A stretch of 64,000 bases of DNA from Saccostrea echinata (GCF_033153115.1 NW_026889805.1:9796001-9860000), one strand, 5' to 3'; positions 27,955-42,030 are shown, counted from the stretch's first letter. Notes: generated by a model from the sequence alone, not told the origin. Numbers and translations are program-made.

Positions 27955-28395
27955 AAAATGGCAATATTCATTCTTTTCCATTTGCATTGCAAAATTTTCT
28001 ATTTGTATTGTATTGTAACGTACCCGAGACTTTCAATGTAGTACTGTTGTCAATAAAATAATAACTTTTGACGTTTCAATTAATTTATTTGAGAGAATAT
28101 TATAGAGATTGGTACAATATGAAATATATTTTAATACCAATAAATCTTAGTTGGTTTGTTATATTTCCATCTGATTATGCAGGACGAACTTAAACGGAAC
28201 GAAATAGGGTGAGGGGGGGGGGGGAGGATAAAAAAAAATGACTGGCACCCAACAGACTGTTTATTACTGTTAACTAGTTGTTATGTTTGATGTCTAATAG
28301 AAACTGTTGCCCAAATTTACATTTTCTGACTTGTTTCTCTCAATTCTCAACGTGTGTTATTACAACTCGTCCCCCCGACTCCAACTGCTAAATCT

Positions 28396-28481
<86 letters not shown>

Positions 28482-30437
28482 TATTTTCACCGGAACCCCA
28501 ATGTTACCAATGTAATCATGACGTAGTACCCAACTTGACGTCATCCCTTTGGTGACTTCTGCACCGGATCCAGTAAACAAAACTGATTATGTAAAAATAC
28601 GTTAATCTATTGAGTGCCAGCGAGAATAAATTTTTAATTTGAATTGTATAATTTTTATTTGTATTCTATAATTTTCCATTTGTATTTTATAATTTTCCAT
28701 TTGTATTCTATGATTTTTCATCTGAATTGTATAAATTTTTATTTGTATCCTATATTTTCCATTTGTATTGTAAAAAAAATCATTTGAATTGTATAATTTT
28801 TCATTTGCATTCTATATTTTCCATTTGCATTGTATAATTTCTCATTTGCATTGTATAATTTCTTGTATGGTAAAATTTCTTGTTTGCATTCGATAATTTT
28901 TCATTTGTATTGTGTCCGGGGATTGTTTATTTATTTCATTATGAAGGATTTCATTTTTTAACATTTAGCCTGTATCGTGTTGAAAATGAGCGAGATGTTC
29001 CGGGTGCTCCAAGCAATCTGGGCTCCAATATTTATTTGCGTGCATCTTAGAAGACGGCCATTTAGATGAAAAGGGATCGAGCGCTGGCAGATGGCAAATA
29101 AATAGTCTGTCCTTAGAAATGTTGTCTGAGTAAATAAATTGTTTGATCTTGCTGGTGGTACCTCCCCCCCCCCCCAACCCCACATTCCCCACTCCCTCCC
29201 CCAGGAAATCGAGTTTTCAGGTTTGGGCAGATTTCATTCTATTTCTTCTTCTTTACCTTGTCTCTGGTCATCTTTGATCTTAGACATAAATATTCTCCCC
29301 TGCAAGAGCATGAAATTAAAAAATAATCTGATTTGCCAGTCCCCCCCCCCCCCCTTGTGAATTACATGACCTTCCCTTAGCATCCACGCAAATAGAGGAC
29401 CCAGTTCACCCGAAACATTTCGCTTGTTTGAACACTATACCACAAAAAAGACTAAAACTTGCTCAATGAAATCGTTCGTAACGATAAAAATAAACAATCC
29501 CCCGGGATACAATACAAATTAAAAATTATCGCATACAAATAAGAAATTATACAATACAAAGAGCAAGAACCACTTAGGGCCCCTTTTGGCCCTGAGAATT
29601 TCTGAAAAATCGAAACTGCTCAGTTTTGGTTGAAAATGCAGTATTCATAACTTGGACCCTTGGTGAACGTGTATCCATTGAACATAACGTAATTTTCTCA
29701 ACGCATTATGACGTCATAAAATGCGTCATTTTTCCCATATCCTGTAAATTCCCTTTCAAATGGCCAAAAGTTGGGGTATTTTTTCAATATAACATATAGA
29801 GCACAACCTCTGATCCAAAATATGCAATTACATAATGAAAGATCTGTTTCTGAAGATCACAAAACATGTTTTAATTTTTGGATCGTGGGCTGTGCTCATA
29901 TTTTAATTCTTTGCTGAAGGTAGTCAAATACGCATGTTTTCTGCAAAATTCAAGAACATTCCATTTTCTCAAAGCCTGTTTTCCAATATCTGGATACTCA
30001 AAAAGAAATTTTGTCATAGGAAATGAAAGCATTAAGTTTCTACTTTATTTTGATAAATGAAATTGGATAGAGGGTGATAGTCAATTAATTGATATAAAGA
30101 CAGGGCCATTTTATGCATAAAGTGAACCTAGCTCTTTACAGTGCAAATATAAAATATAGAATACAAATAAAAAAATATAAAATGAATCTTTTTACAATAC
30201 AAATGGAAAATATAGAATACAAATATATGTTATACAATCCAAATGGAAAATTATAGAACACAAATGGAAAATAATACACTCCAGATAAAATTTATACAAT
30301 ACAAATGAAAAATTATACAATGCAAATGAATAATTTTACAATACAAATGGAAAATTAAGAATATGAATACAAAATATACAACATAAATGGAAATACAAAT
30401 GGAAAAGATCGAATATTGCAACGTTTGACATGCCATA
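27955..30437. repeat. Large foldback element built of ~21-bp repeats (TTGTATT.TATAATTTTCCAT), with several nested insertions
   Basis: Arms 28630-29045 vs 29378-29560/30140-30420 are inverted; outer ends GCAATATTC.TCTTTTCCATTTG are inverted; central MITE ~29050-29376; (TA)n 28399-28477. Confidence 0.7.
28399..28477. repeat. (TA)n microsatellite
   Basis: Perfect dinucleotide run. Confidence 0.98.
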
Positions 30438-30597
30438 TTTTACATTCAAATATTTTTTGTGAAAAAACTATCGTTTAATTTTGAAAAAAAAAAAAAATTC
30501 TCCAAGTAGCTGATGCCATTATGATCTTGATTTTTTATCATAATTTTTGAACGACCAGCTCTGAATTTAATGCGGAAATCACCAGTTTGTTTGTATA

Positions 30598-31400
30598 TAT
30601 AGGAGGGGTGATCAAAAAGTTCGCAAACTAATTGAATAACTTCCATAAAAGAAATAGAATAGGTTTCTGTGTTCATTACTTTTTAAAGTAGTACTCTCCA
30701 ATTTTAATGCACATCTGAAACTGTTCTGTCCATGCACGAAACACGTGATCCAGGCGGTCACGTGACATACTCCGTAGCGTTCTGTTCACAGAAGCTAAAA
30801 GATTTTTCCGAGTCTTAAATTTTTTACCATGCAAGTTATTTTTTTTTTATAACAAGAACATTCCATTTGTCAGAAATGGCCAAATTTCGGCAATAGGATG
30901 GGTGGATAAGTTTATCCTCTCCCAGAATGAGAATGGTGACCATCACAACCCGAGTCATCTGTCTTAAGAGCGTCTTTTATACAATGTGGTTAAAGTATGG
31001 ACGCCTTCTTTTTATCATATCTGATATGTTTAAAGTCTAAAGTAAACGATATTTTAGGGATTTAATTATCATATTATTGTTAAGATAGTCAATTCTTTTT
31101 TCTAACTGTAACTTGGCGATCTTTCATAACAAATTGGGCGATCTTTCATAACAAATTGCTCAACTAAGGACACATCTCTTCCCCAGCTTGCCTTCACTGG
31201 GCAACAGAACAAACATCATTTTTAACCATCTCCCTTCCTTCTCTAAAGTAATCAATCCAATTAATGATTGAACTTCTGGCAAGGTTTTTGTCTTCATAAA
31301 CCTTGTACAAATTATTATATGATACTGCAAAGGAATTTCCAGGATATACGTTAAATTTACAGCCGTTCGTTGCTCGAGTACGACTGAGTCATCTAGTTTT
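30598..31400 (-). mobile_element. Degenerate, internally deleted mariner element
   Basis: End TA-GGAGGGGTGATCAAAAAGTTCG. Minus-strand remnants LEQRTAV..F...GNSF...KVYEDKNLARSSIINWIDYFREGRE (HTH), HPSYCRNLAISD (HPPYSPDLAPSD-like) and W...FQMCIKIGEYYFKK. Confidence 0.7.
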
Positions 31401-33002
31401 TGTCACAAGTCATCTTACATATTGACGTCATTTTCACATTGCGACGTCACAAACATGGAGCAAAACATTACATATGATGTGCTATTTATAGGACATGTGT
31501 ATGACTATAGAAAATAGGGGGTCAGTGTGCATATTACTGAGCAACGGTACAATGAACTTGACCTTTTTGCACTTAAATTGTAACTCTTTGGTTAATCGCT
31601 TTATGATATTTTATCAGATGTAATCATGGCAATAAATATAATCTCATTTTACGAAAAATAGTTTGGATAATATTTATCATTGAACAAGTCAGGCAAATTA
31701 ATGCGCATAAATTATTGTGTGACCTTTTTGCACTTAAAAAGTCTCATATTTGAGGTATAAAAAATCTAAATAGGCAATAAAATATTTTCTTGTATCAAAC
31801 TTTTTATGACTTTAGTGCTGATCGGTTGGGGGTAAAATTATGAAAGAAAAGGTAGGGGTCAGTGATGTAAATTTTGAGATTTTGGTCAAAATTTGCGATT
31901 TTTAGGCAAAAAAAAAAAGTGTAAATTTTATCTTGACCTCTTTAGTAGATCTTCATTTCTAGGCAAAGTCTGTTGAGTGAATGCGTAAAATTTGTTCTAA
32001 CAATATAAATTGAAACCTACATTTTATATTCCTAACATATGATAACGGAAAATATTCTCTGAGTAAAAATATGTGGGGTTAATGTTCCAAGATATGAAAT
32101 TCAATAAATATGTAGATTTGAAGAATTTTCTTCTAAATATTCTTCCACCACAAGAAATAGTCTCTCATAAATCTTATTTCTTTATGAATTTGTGAGCCGT
32201 TTTTAAATTGAATGTTGTATAATTTGCGATGTCTAATTCAAATATGTTATAAATATTGAGTTGTAATAAATAGTTTTGAAGTTAGAGGTTCTGACTGAAC
32301 TTTTCTTAAAAGCTGACGAGTGACATACCTTAATTAAAATCGCAGGAGTTAACGAATCCACTGTGTTGTACGCCTTTAAGGCTCAATAAAGATCAAAATA
32401 GCTGAATATATCTAATTTTTTTTTCAATTTTTTCCTTCCGTTACCATGGCAACCAAGACATTCAGCAACACAATTTTGTTTGGTATAAATGTATTTGGTA
32501 TCAAGCTTTAACAATGAGCAAAGCTTTATTAAAATCGATGACCATGAGTGCCAATCTAAATTATCGCACCATTGCCAAATCGGTAAGGGTCGGTTTATTT
32601 TAAAACCAAGATTTTCTTTAAAATCTAGATGACATAATCTGGTGTTTATCTTTATGAAGCCGTCCAAATTTTGCTATTTACCGTCTAAAGAAATATAATC
32701 GCCGATATATGGTTGAAATACTGCGGACTCGGAGTTGAACAATATAATCATTCAATCCAAAGAAATATTGAAGGCAGACACGTGACGTCCATTAGCCAAT
32801 GGCAAAGTCATTATTGTCCGAGGCAAAACAAAAAAGGCCAAAGTGCTTACAAAGAATACCTCTTAAAACTGTACAGATATTTTGTTTAAAATAAATATTT
32901 TGTTTCTAGTGAAGTACAATTAAATCCAAATATCAAAGAATATTTTTTAAAAATTCAAACTGTTTTCACATCCCTTTAACATTGAGGAATTACAATGTCT
33001 AT

Positions 33003-33984
33003 TTAATCGCTCAGGTATTTTATGACTTTGATTTTCCCAGACTTCCGCTCAGCCACATACAATGTGTCATATTCGCTCACGTTTATTCCTACGGGAAACT
33101 TAATAAAATGCTTGTCGATGAGCGATAAGAATTTTCAGTCTTTGTCTATTATATGTATACAGTACTGAATTTTGTCTACAATAAGAATGTGACTTTGGCT
33201 ATCACATGCAACACAACCAGGCACAAACTCTGAGTGGGAGCGCCCGCTGTATTTATGTCGAGGGACCCCTGTGCTTTTGACGACAACAACGCAGCGTGTT
33301 TCTGCATCGCTAACGCAAATGTCTGTATTTGCATTTTCGCAAACAAAAGAGGCATCCCGAAAGAGGAAGTTTCCCTGAGAATCTCGTGAGATTCTTTGAA
33401 TAACAGTTACTCCGGAATATCGAACAACCTTGTCTGGTTCACCGTGCTTGAACATAGAAACTAGTACATCGTCATTAGCAGTGACACAGAGACCTCGATG
33501 TATCCACCCAATATATGTGAAAATTGTCTTGATCTTTTTATTCTTAATTACATTTAAAACTCTGGCCGTCGTTACAGTAAAGAAGAGTTCCCCTCCTTTG
33601 TTCAGTGCGATTTGACATGGCGAATGAATGGATCCACTGCTATATGTTTCCATGACTACTCAGTTCATGTCCAATTGCTTCACTGTATTCATATCCCCCA
33701 AGGTCCATATGCTACCATCACGTGACTTTACTACTCTAAACAAAGGTACAAACCCACTCTCTAATGTTTGAATTACTGTTGGAAAAATCAGTTCTAACTC
33801 TTCTGTGAGTAAGATATTGCACAACTGTGTGATCGACGGGTGAGGACAACACGTGTCTGGAAACACAGGACTGACACAGGTGTTTCTTGCAGCTTTTACA
33901 GAAAATTTCCGCTGCTCCTCTCTCCACGTAAGCAGGACAGATGTCGCACCTGATGATGTCCTGGGCAAACTCAATCCCCGCCAT
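33003..33984 (-). pseudogene. B-box zinc finger + NHL/beta-propeller (TRIM-like) gene, disrupted; copy 1
   Basis: ATG at 33984 follows an AG acceptor at 34000-34001. MAGIEFAQDIIRCDICP...FCKSCKKHLCQSCVSRH...H is a B-box. A frameshift near 33800 leads into ELIFPTVIQTLESGF; in-frame TGA at 33660-62 and 33135-37; NHL-like repeats (GLCVTANDDVLV, CENANTDICVSD, ACDSQSHILIVD) end ...GKIKVIKYLSD* at 33003. Confidence 0.8.
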
Positions 33985-34059
33985 ACTTTTAGGACAGCAC
34001 TACAATGGTTAGAAATATCAGTAAAATCGCAATAATATGGTGGCTTGTTTTCTGCCACC

Positions 34060-34765
34060 TACATGCAAGATAAATTATGTTAACATGCGAGAAAAGTCTG
34101 TGCACATGCAAAGATAATTATGTCTACATGAAAAATTATATTATGTTGTCATGCAAATTACCAACCTTTATACAGAATCTGATTTTAATGTTGGTAAATT
34201 TACCTACTAACTCCAGAATATGACAGCATACGTTCAAGATGAACATAATTATGTTGACATGCGACTTATGCCAACATGCGAGATAATAAATATGTAGACA
34301 TACAACTTATTTATGACAAAACGCGAGTTTATTAAGAAGACATGAGACATTAATGTCAACATGCGAGTTAATTAAGTGAACATGCAACATAGTTATGTTG
34401 ATATACGACTTAATCATAACAACATTCGAGTTATATCTTAACATGCCAGGTATTTATGTCAACATGCAAGATAATAAGTTGCATGTCAACATACATATCT
34501 TGCATGTTGACATAATTAACTGGCATGTAAAGATAATTATCTTGCATGTTGTCATAAATAAGTCACATGTCTACATAACTATCTCGCATGTTGACATAAA
34601 TAAGTAGCATGACAACGTAACATGATTATGTTGCGTCTTGGACAATTGATGTCAGATAGTGGTGTAAATAAGTAAATTTGCCGATGTTAAAATCAGACTC
34701 CCTAAAAAGATTGGTAACTTGCATGTCCACATAATCATTTTGCATGTAGACATAATTATTTTGCA
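34060..34765. repeat. Palindromic repeat element of ACATGCAAGATAATTATGTTG units
   Basis: The left arm 34100-34210 is the reverse complement of 34665-34765; the right end abuts the SINE. Confidence 0.75.
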
Positions 34766-35087
34766 CCGTCACGGTAGTTCACTCGGTAGAGCGCTTGCTC
34801 CGTGATCGGAAGGTCGTGTGTTCGAATCACGGCAGCGACTGACCTAAGTCGATAAAAAAGCAACTGTTCCTTCACTAAGCGCTCGGCACTTTGAAGTGAA
34901 AGTTGCGAGTCTTTCGGATGAGACCTTTAAAACCGAGGACCCGTGTCACGATAAAGAACCCTCACTGCTCAATGGCCCTCAGTGCCGAGCAAAGGTTTAA
35001 ATTTGAAGCCCTTCACCCGTATATGGTGACGTCTCTACATAAGTGAAAAATTCTCGAACGGGACGTAAAACAGCATACAATCAATCA
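34766..35087 (+). mobile_element. tRNA-derived SINE (bivalve type), essentially full length
   Basis: A box GGTAGTTCACTCGGTAGAGCG, B box GTTCGAATC, conserved body (CACGATAAAGAACCCTCACTGCTCAA) and CAAT-type tail; three copies in the window. Confidence 0.85.
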
Positions 35088-36376
35088 TTTAGTAATATAC
35101 TGGTATCTCATACATGTAATATCGCGGTGCTTATTTTCTTGCGTAAAAAAGTTATTCAAAATTCTTACTTTAACTTTTCATCAAGTGCTATTCATAAACC
35201 TAACAATGATCTAACTTTTTCGTGGCTAATTATTTCCTACGCTTGCTTCGTTTAATTTGTGGTCTATTTTTAAAACAGGAAGTCTTATTTACCTCCTAAA
35301 GTGGAGAGTCTCATTGTTACTGAAAAACATGGAAGCTTGGCGCTGTCACAAAGAACAATTTTTATTTTCAAATTTACGATGTAATCTACATGAAAACTGA
35401 ACAATAATACAAACTTAAGACTTTCAAAATATGAACTTTATTATCGGTTTTACTAGGATATAAATTCAATGGTCTAAATAAAATAAAAACGGAAATTGAA
35501 ATCTGTAAAATTACATTTTACAAAATTTCAAACGGGTGTTCCATGCTTTTTAATCATCACAAAAGTCAACAATCAGACGACAGACAGATAGTCCATCAAC
35601 GAAAAGGATATGAGCTTTATATCCTATAATTTTTGGAGTATACCGCGATACAATAGAACCCGCGATATAATGAGAATTGACGATACATATATACACAAAC
35701 TATAGTCTAGCTTATATTCTTTTTTATTTAAAGAAAATTCATCATACATAAAATTTGCTAAATACAAATAAAAAATAGTCTTATATTCATTTCTACAATA
35801 CTAAGTTAGCATTTATCACGCCTACGTGTATGTATTTATTGTGTATAGCTCCAAAAAGGTTGCCATACATAGAGACGACCTGAGCTATGTGGTTCCTTCT
35901 TTAAAAGTTTTACTTGCGCCTGTTTACCCCTAGTGGTACAATAAGTAATGTAAACTTACTAAGTATCTTCTCTGTATAGGCGTCTTCTATCATTGTCTTC
36001 GCTCATCTCAAACACGTATTCCACCCATTCCACTTAGTCTTTGTTATATCTATGTATATTGTATACTTTTTCCTAGAGCTTACTTTTCAAGAGACCTTGA
36101 CCTCATTTCAAGTTTGTCTATTTATACCATCAGGTTGATGTAATTCTCCTTAGCTCCTTACTCCCACTGTTAAATTATAGAATATAAAGTTTAAAGAAAG
36201 ATCTAAAAAAAATTGTGGAGATGATTTTCGACAATTATACATACAAAAAGAGAAGAGGGTTGTCGGCCTGAAGAGGGTAAACTTATGACATATTTCTTCA
36301 TTCAAACAGTTTTGACATTGAAGTATTGAAATATTTATTTTTAAGAAGTTTTGAACAAAGAAAAATTAAATGTTAA

Positions 36377-36381
<5 letters not shown>

Positions 36382-36416
<35 letters not shown>

Positions 36417-37059
36417 TAATTTTGGCCATGCTGTTCTTTACCAGATTTCCCCCTTGTAATACCTATTGTGGCCCCGCCCTACCCCTGGGGTTCATGATTT
36501 GAACACTTCAGAGTCTTTACTACCCCAGGATGCTTCCACATAAGTTTCAGCTTTTCTGGCCCAGTGGCTCTTGAGAAGAAGATTTTTAAAGATCTTCCCT
36601 ATATATTTCAATGTAAAACTTGGCTTTCCTATTGTAGCCCAGCCCTACCCCCGGGGGTCCTGATTTGAACAATTTAGAATCTACACTACCACAGGATGCT
36701 TTCACATAAGTTTCAGCTTTTCTGGCCCAGTGGTTCTTGAGAAGAAGATTTTTAAAGATTTTTCTTATATATTTCAATGTAAAACTTGGATTCCCTATTG
36801 TGGCCCCGCCCTACCCCTGGGGGTCATGATTTGAACAATTTAAAATCTGCACTACTTGAGGATGCTTTCACATAAGTTTCAGCTTTTTGGCCCAGTGGTT
36901 CTTGAGAAGAAGATTTTTTTATGACCCCACCCTATTTTTGTCTTTTCTTGATTATCTCCCCTTGCAAGGAGACTTGGTCCTTTATTTTAACAATTGAAAC
37001 TCCCCTTCACCCAAGGATACTTTGTACTAAGTTTGGTTAAAATTGGCCCAGTGGTTCTT

Positions 37060-37090
<31 letters not shown>

Positions 37091-37116
37091 TACGGACGGA
37101 CGGACGACGGACAATG

Positions 37117-37164
<48 letters not shown>
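36382..37164. mobile_element. Helentron-associated non-autonomous element (HINE) carrying ~3 copies of a 166-bp Cg170-like satellite
   Basis: End AAACAAGAGGCCCATGGGCC..GCTCACCTGAG; repeat starts at 36462, 36628 and 36794; (GGAC)n; terminal hairpin AGCTCACTTGAGCTTTCAGCTCAGGTGAGCT; A-run flanks. Confidence 0.85.
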
Positions 37165-37165
<1 letters not shown>

Positions 37166-39691
37166 CGCAAATAATCTCAGAATTGAAAGTGAAAGATGGT
37201 AGAAAATTATAAACACTAAACGACAGAAAACCACCCTTAAAAGAAATGAAAGAATTTGTAAAATGTGTGACATGAATTGTGTTGATGATGCGCAATACCA
37301 CTGACTACATATGTCAAAAAGATTTCGTGAAAGGTTCTTTAAATTGCAATTAAATTACGTAGTTTATGAGGGGATGGCTTCCCCAAGTGTAACGGAAGGA
37401 AGTATGGACGGACATTCCTATCAATTTATAACACCCCCCCCCCCCCAGCAGGGATGTAAAAAGAAAACTGGTCGATAACTTCATGTGGTATCTGTAGATG
37501 TTGTATATAATAAATGTTCAGTCACATTACCTTACACAATATCTGAGAGAATCTGTGAGATTATTGCAGAATCTGTTCGTAGTCAGTGACAGTTATCACT
37601 AGACGGTATTTGTAAGAGAGTCGAGAGAAGCGTGCATTTTACTAATTCAGTTCAGTGATCAGGTTAATATTCCTGAAAGATGACCAGTTTAAAGTGAATA
37701 TATTATAATCAACTAACTTCCATAGATGTTAAATTTTCGTTTTTTGGTTGTTTGATTGCTTTACGTCTCTTCGAGAATTTTTCACTCATATTGGGTTGCC
37801 ACTAACCGCCGGTGGAAACCTGTAGATTTAGACATGTATTTTTAACTAATGGTCACTGAGTATTGAGGGGTCATTTTACTCAGCGCTTGATGCGACATAT
37901 AATACATAGAGTAATAATTGTACATCTAAGGAATACTAACGACAATCTATATTATTTACGTTTTCAAAAACCCATTCGGAAAAAGGAGGATATAAACAAT
38001 CAGAAATTGAACCTATTATGCTAGAAATTATATTTGTATGTGAATATGTGTTAGTCCACTGGTTTTTGTTCGGAATAACATTCACACATAGTTCTTTAAT
38101 CCTCACAAAAACTGCTGTGAAGGAGAAACTAAAGATTCAAGAATTTGTTATTTGTATGAAAATAAGTTTACATTTGCAGACAAGAAATTGAATAAAAGAA
38201 TTTTAAATTATCTATAAACTGTATATCTCTTTGATTCGGAACGAAACCACTCAAGTCGAACACGTATTTGGATCTTAACCACTTTGGATCTTAACCACTC
38301 GGGTCGACGAACCACCCGCATTTTCTGGAGGTTTGGGGGGGGGGGGGGTTGACCCCTTATACCATTTATTGTGTCAAAAAACAAAGATGGGAAAGAGCCC
38401 GCCAAACGCGGTGTAATTTTAAAATAATTATACATGTAATTATAATTTAATACAATTTTATTTTTTTACATAAATTTGCGTTGCAATTTTTTTTCATAAC
38501 TTTATCTTTTCCAAATATGGCAGGAAAAAATATTAATTGTGGGTGGAGACTGATTTTGACAAATGTGAGTTCGGAAAGGGTTTTTCCTACCCAATTACTG
38601 AAAGTTTGCACAATTCATTCATTTCCGAAAGTTGTCATGTTGGCATATAATTTTTTTCGAAGTTCATAAAAAACGCTATGCACTAAAATAATAATATTTG
38701 CTGTTTTGGCAATAAATTCGATCAACAGGTTCCAATTAAGGGCCAAAAATTTACACCCCTCTTTTATTTTATTTTTTTTAAAATAAAAATCTTTCAAAAA
38801 TTCTTTTTGAACAGAATTTGCATCATTAAATTCTGTAATTTCAGACTTGTCATGAATTTAGTATATGAAATTCTTACATAAGAGGCCCATGGGCTACATG
38901 TTCACCTGAGCATTTCATGCTCGATTTGACAGATACATGTTTTTACATGTAATTTGTGTAAAATATAGAATTACGAGTGTCGTTCAATTAAGTAACGCCA
39001 CGTACGGATGTAGAAGCAGTTTATTTTATATTTTCACAGAAAAAGTTCTATTTAAGATCTCCTAATCACCGAAAACCGCATGTTTTCCCCATATTTCCGC
39101 CTCTAGTTGTATTATACTTAAACACCTAACATTAGTAAATATTGACCGTTTTTCAGCATTTTTAAAATATGTATGTCAAATATATCCAGGGTTTCATTAA
39201 CTTAAGAATATACTCTAAATAATTTTATAGCATAAGTGGCGACTGAAGTGCTATGTTTTTGAAGAGTTGTTATTTTGGATTTCTTAGTCTCTACTAAGGC
39301 TCAATAAAGATCAAAACAGCTGAAAATTTTTTTTTCAGTCTTTTCCATTCGTTACCATGGCAACCTAGACAGATAGAAACACGATTTTGTTTGGTATATA
39401 TGTTTTGGTATCAAACTTTAACATTGAGCGAGTTTTATTAAAATCGATGACCTTGCGTGCCATTTTAAGCAATGGCACCATTTCCAAATTACCAAATCGG
39501 TAATTAAAAGCAAAAATAGCGCTGGCAGGAGTTTTTCTTTGAATTTGGATAATAATGTCGTGGTCACCTTTATGTTGCCGTCCAAATTTTGCTTTTCATA
39601 TTGTCGCATGTATATATGGCTGAAATACTACCGACTCGGCGTTAAACAATAATCTATCAATCAATCTATTGAAGGCAGGCACGTGACGTCC

Positions 39692-41356
39692 GTGATTTGA
39701 ACAAACTTCAGTCTACACTACCTGAAGATACTTCCATATAAATATGACAAATCATGAATTTGCTGTTCTTGAAAAGAAGACTATTAAAATTTTTCAAATG
39801 TATTCCTATGTGAAACTTTGATTGCTCATCGCGGCCCAACCCTAGTCCTGAGGGTCATGATATTTAAAGACTTCTCATATATATTCCTCCTATGTAAAAC
39901 TTTAATCCCCCATATCTGCCCCACCCTACACCCAGGGGTTATGTTTTGTACAAACATCAATTTACACTACCTGAGGATAATTCCATATAAAAATGATTGA
40001 TCATGAGTTTGCTGTTCTTGAGATCAAGATTTTTATAGATATTTCCAATATATATTTCTATGTATAACGTTGATCCCCTCTTGTGGCCCCGTTCTACCCC
40101 CGAGGGTCAAATTTTGAACAAACTTGAATCTACCTGATGATGATTCTGTTTTAATATGACTAACTAATAATGGCTATGCTGTGCTTTAAAAGATTTTTTT
40201 CTCTAAATATTCCGATGTAAAACTTTGATCCCCTGTTGTGGTCACATCTTACCCCTGGGGTGTTGATTTGAATAAACTTGAATCTTCACTATACCTGAGG
40301 ATGCTTCTATATTAGTGGCTTTGCTGTTCTTGAGAAAAATTTTAAAGATATTTCCTACATATTCCTATGTAAAACTTTGCCCCCTGTAGTCGCCCTGTCC
40401 TACATCCGGGGTCATGGTATGAACAAATTTGAATCTGTAATGATAATGATAATAATGAATTTCTCAACTAAGTTTTCTCTTTTCTGGCCCAGCAGTTCAT
40501 GAGAAAAAGATTTTCTAAATATGCCGCCGAATTTTCACGAAATCGTAATTATCTCCCCTTGTAAGAGGGTGTGGTCCTTCATTTGAACAAAAGTGAATCC
40601 TCTTTACTCAAGGATACCCTGTGTTAAGTTTGTTTGAAATTGGTCCATTGGTTCTGGAGAAGAAGGTGAAATTTTAAAATATTTTAGACAACGACCGACA
40701 ACGGACAATTTTTGATGAGAAAAGCTCACTTAAGGTGTAATGTCTTCTGATAAGAGAGATAACTTTCCAAAGAAGTTATTCCAAGCAATCCAATGAATTG
40801 TCTTACCAGAGTTTAATAATGAGGATAATTATACAGTCACTTCTATCAAATTTGAACTATGTTACATATATTGATTTCTATTTTCTATTAGATGCTGAAT
40901 TTTTATAATCAATTTATTAATATATTTTCTCTCAAAGCATATTCTGAAGAAAGATAACTACACTAGATGGAAAGATAACTCTTGTAGATGGATGCATTTA
41001 TTTTACAACCACAAAAAACAATGCGATATTCTGATTTAAAAAGCAACACTTCATTGAGTTTTCTAATATGAATTAAATAGGTGTGACAGTAAATATTATT
41101 TTCATATATATATCTCATGTTGAGATAAATTATTGATCTTTCTATTCACCATATCAAATTTTCTTCATATCGTGATTAGACATAATATTCATTTCTGAAA
41201 AAGAAAGCAATGCTTCATACTTCAAACTATTTTCCATTTGAATATAATGATATTGTTGTTGGTGAAAATCAATGTTGGGAATTTAAAAAGAAATTGATGA
41301 AGTTTATAGAGCAGAGGGATATTTCACCTTAAGTCTTTGGCTCAGGTGAGCTAAAA
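39692..41356. mobile_element. Second, more degenerate HINE/Cg170-like satellite array whose terminal hairpin is interrupted
   Basis: Repeated GATTTGAACAAACTTGAATCTACAC...TTCTTGAGAAGAAGATTTTT units in 39692-40720; the hairpin halves lie at 40722-33 and 41329-56. Confidence 0.8.
40734..41328. mobile_element. TTAA-targeting non-autonomous TIR element (Kolobok-like, GG...CC ends)
   Basis: TTAA at 40730-33 and 41329-32; termini GGTGTAATGTCTTCTG / CAGAGGGATATTTCACC. Confidence 0.75.
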
Positions 41357-41491
41357 TCTGTACAGATATTTTGTTTATAATCAAATATTTTGTTTCTAGT
41401 GAAGTAAACACTGTCAAATCCAAATTTCAATCAAAGAATTAAAAAAAAAAAATAACGGTTTTCACAACCCTTTAAAAGGATTACAATGCCT

Positions 41492-42030
41492 AACTAATCG
41501 CTGAGGTATTTTATGACTTTGATTTTCCCAGACTTCCGCTCAGCCACATACAGTGTGTCATCTTCGCTCACGTTTATTCCTACGGGAAGCTTAATAAAAT
41601 GCTTGTTGATGAGCGATAAGAATTTTCCGTCTTTGTCTATTATATGTATACAGTGCTGATTTTTGTCTGCAATCAGAATGTGACTTTGGCTATCACATGA
41701 AACACAACCAGGCTCAAACTTTGAATGGGAACGCCCGCTGTATTTATATCGAGGGACCCCTGTGCTTTTGACGACAACAACGCAGCGTGTTTCTACATCC
41801 CTAACGCAAACGTCTGTATTTGTATTTTCGCAAACAAAAGAGGCATCCCGAAAGAGGAAGTTTCCCTGAGAATCTCGAGAGAATTCTTGAATAACAGTTA
41901 CTCCGGAATATCGAACAACCTTTCTGGTTCACCTTGCCTGAACATGGAAACTAGTACATCGTTGTTAGCAGTGACACAGAGGCCGCGAGGTGTCCACCCC
42001 GTAAATGTGAGTAATGTCTTAATTTTTTGA
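41492..42030 (-). pseudogene. B-box/NHL (TRIM-like) gene copy 2; only the 3' (NHL) half, truncated by repeat insertion
   Basis: Colinear and highly similar to 33003-33540. It has GGA where copy 1 has TGA, and a 1-nt deletion near 41921. Similarity stops at ~42030, where nested repeats begin. Confidence 0.8.

Noticed and set aside
28307-28580. IYIYIY ORFs
   Set aside because: Translation of a (TA)n microsatellite
33135-33662. Selenocysteine/readthrough at two in-frame TGA in the NHL gene
   Set aside because: One TGA is GGA (Gly) in the paralog, neither is at a Cys-like position, and the gene also has a frameshift
41725-42030. 101-aa plus-strand ORF
   Set aside because: Antisense shadow of the NHL pseudogene
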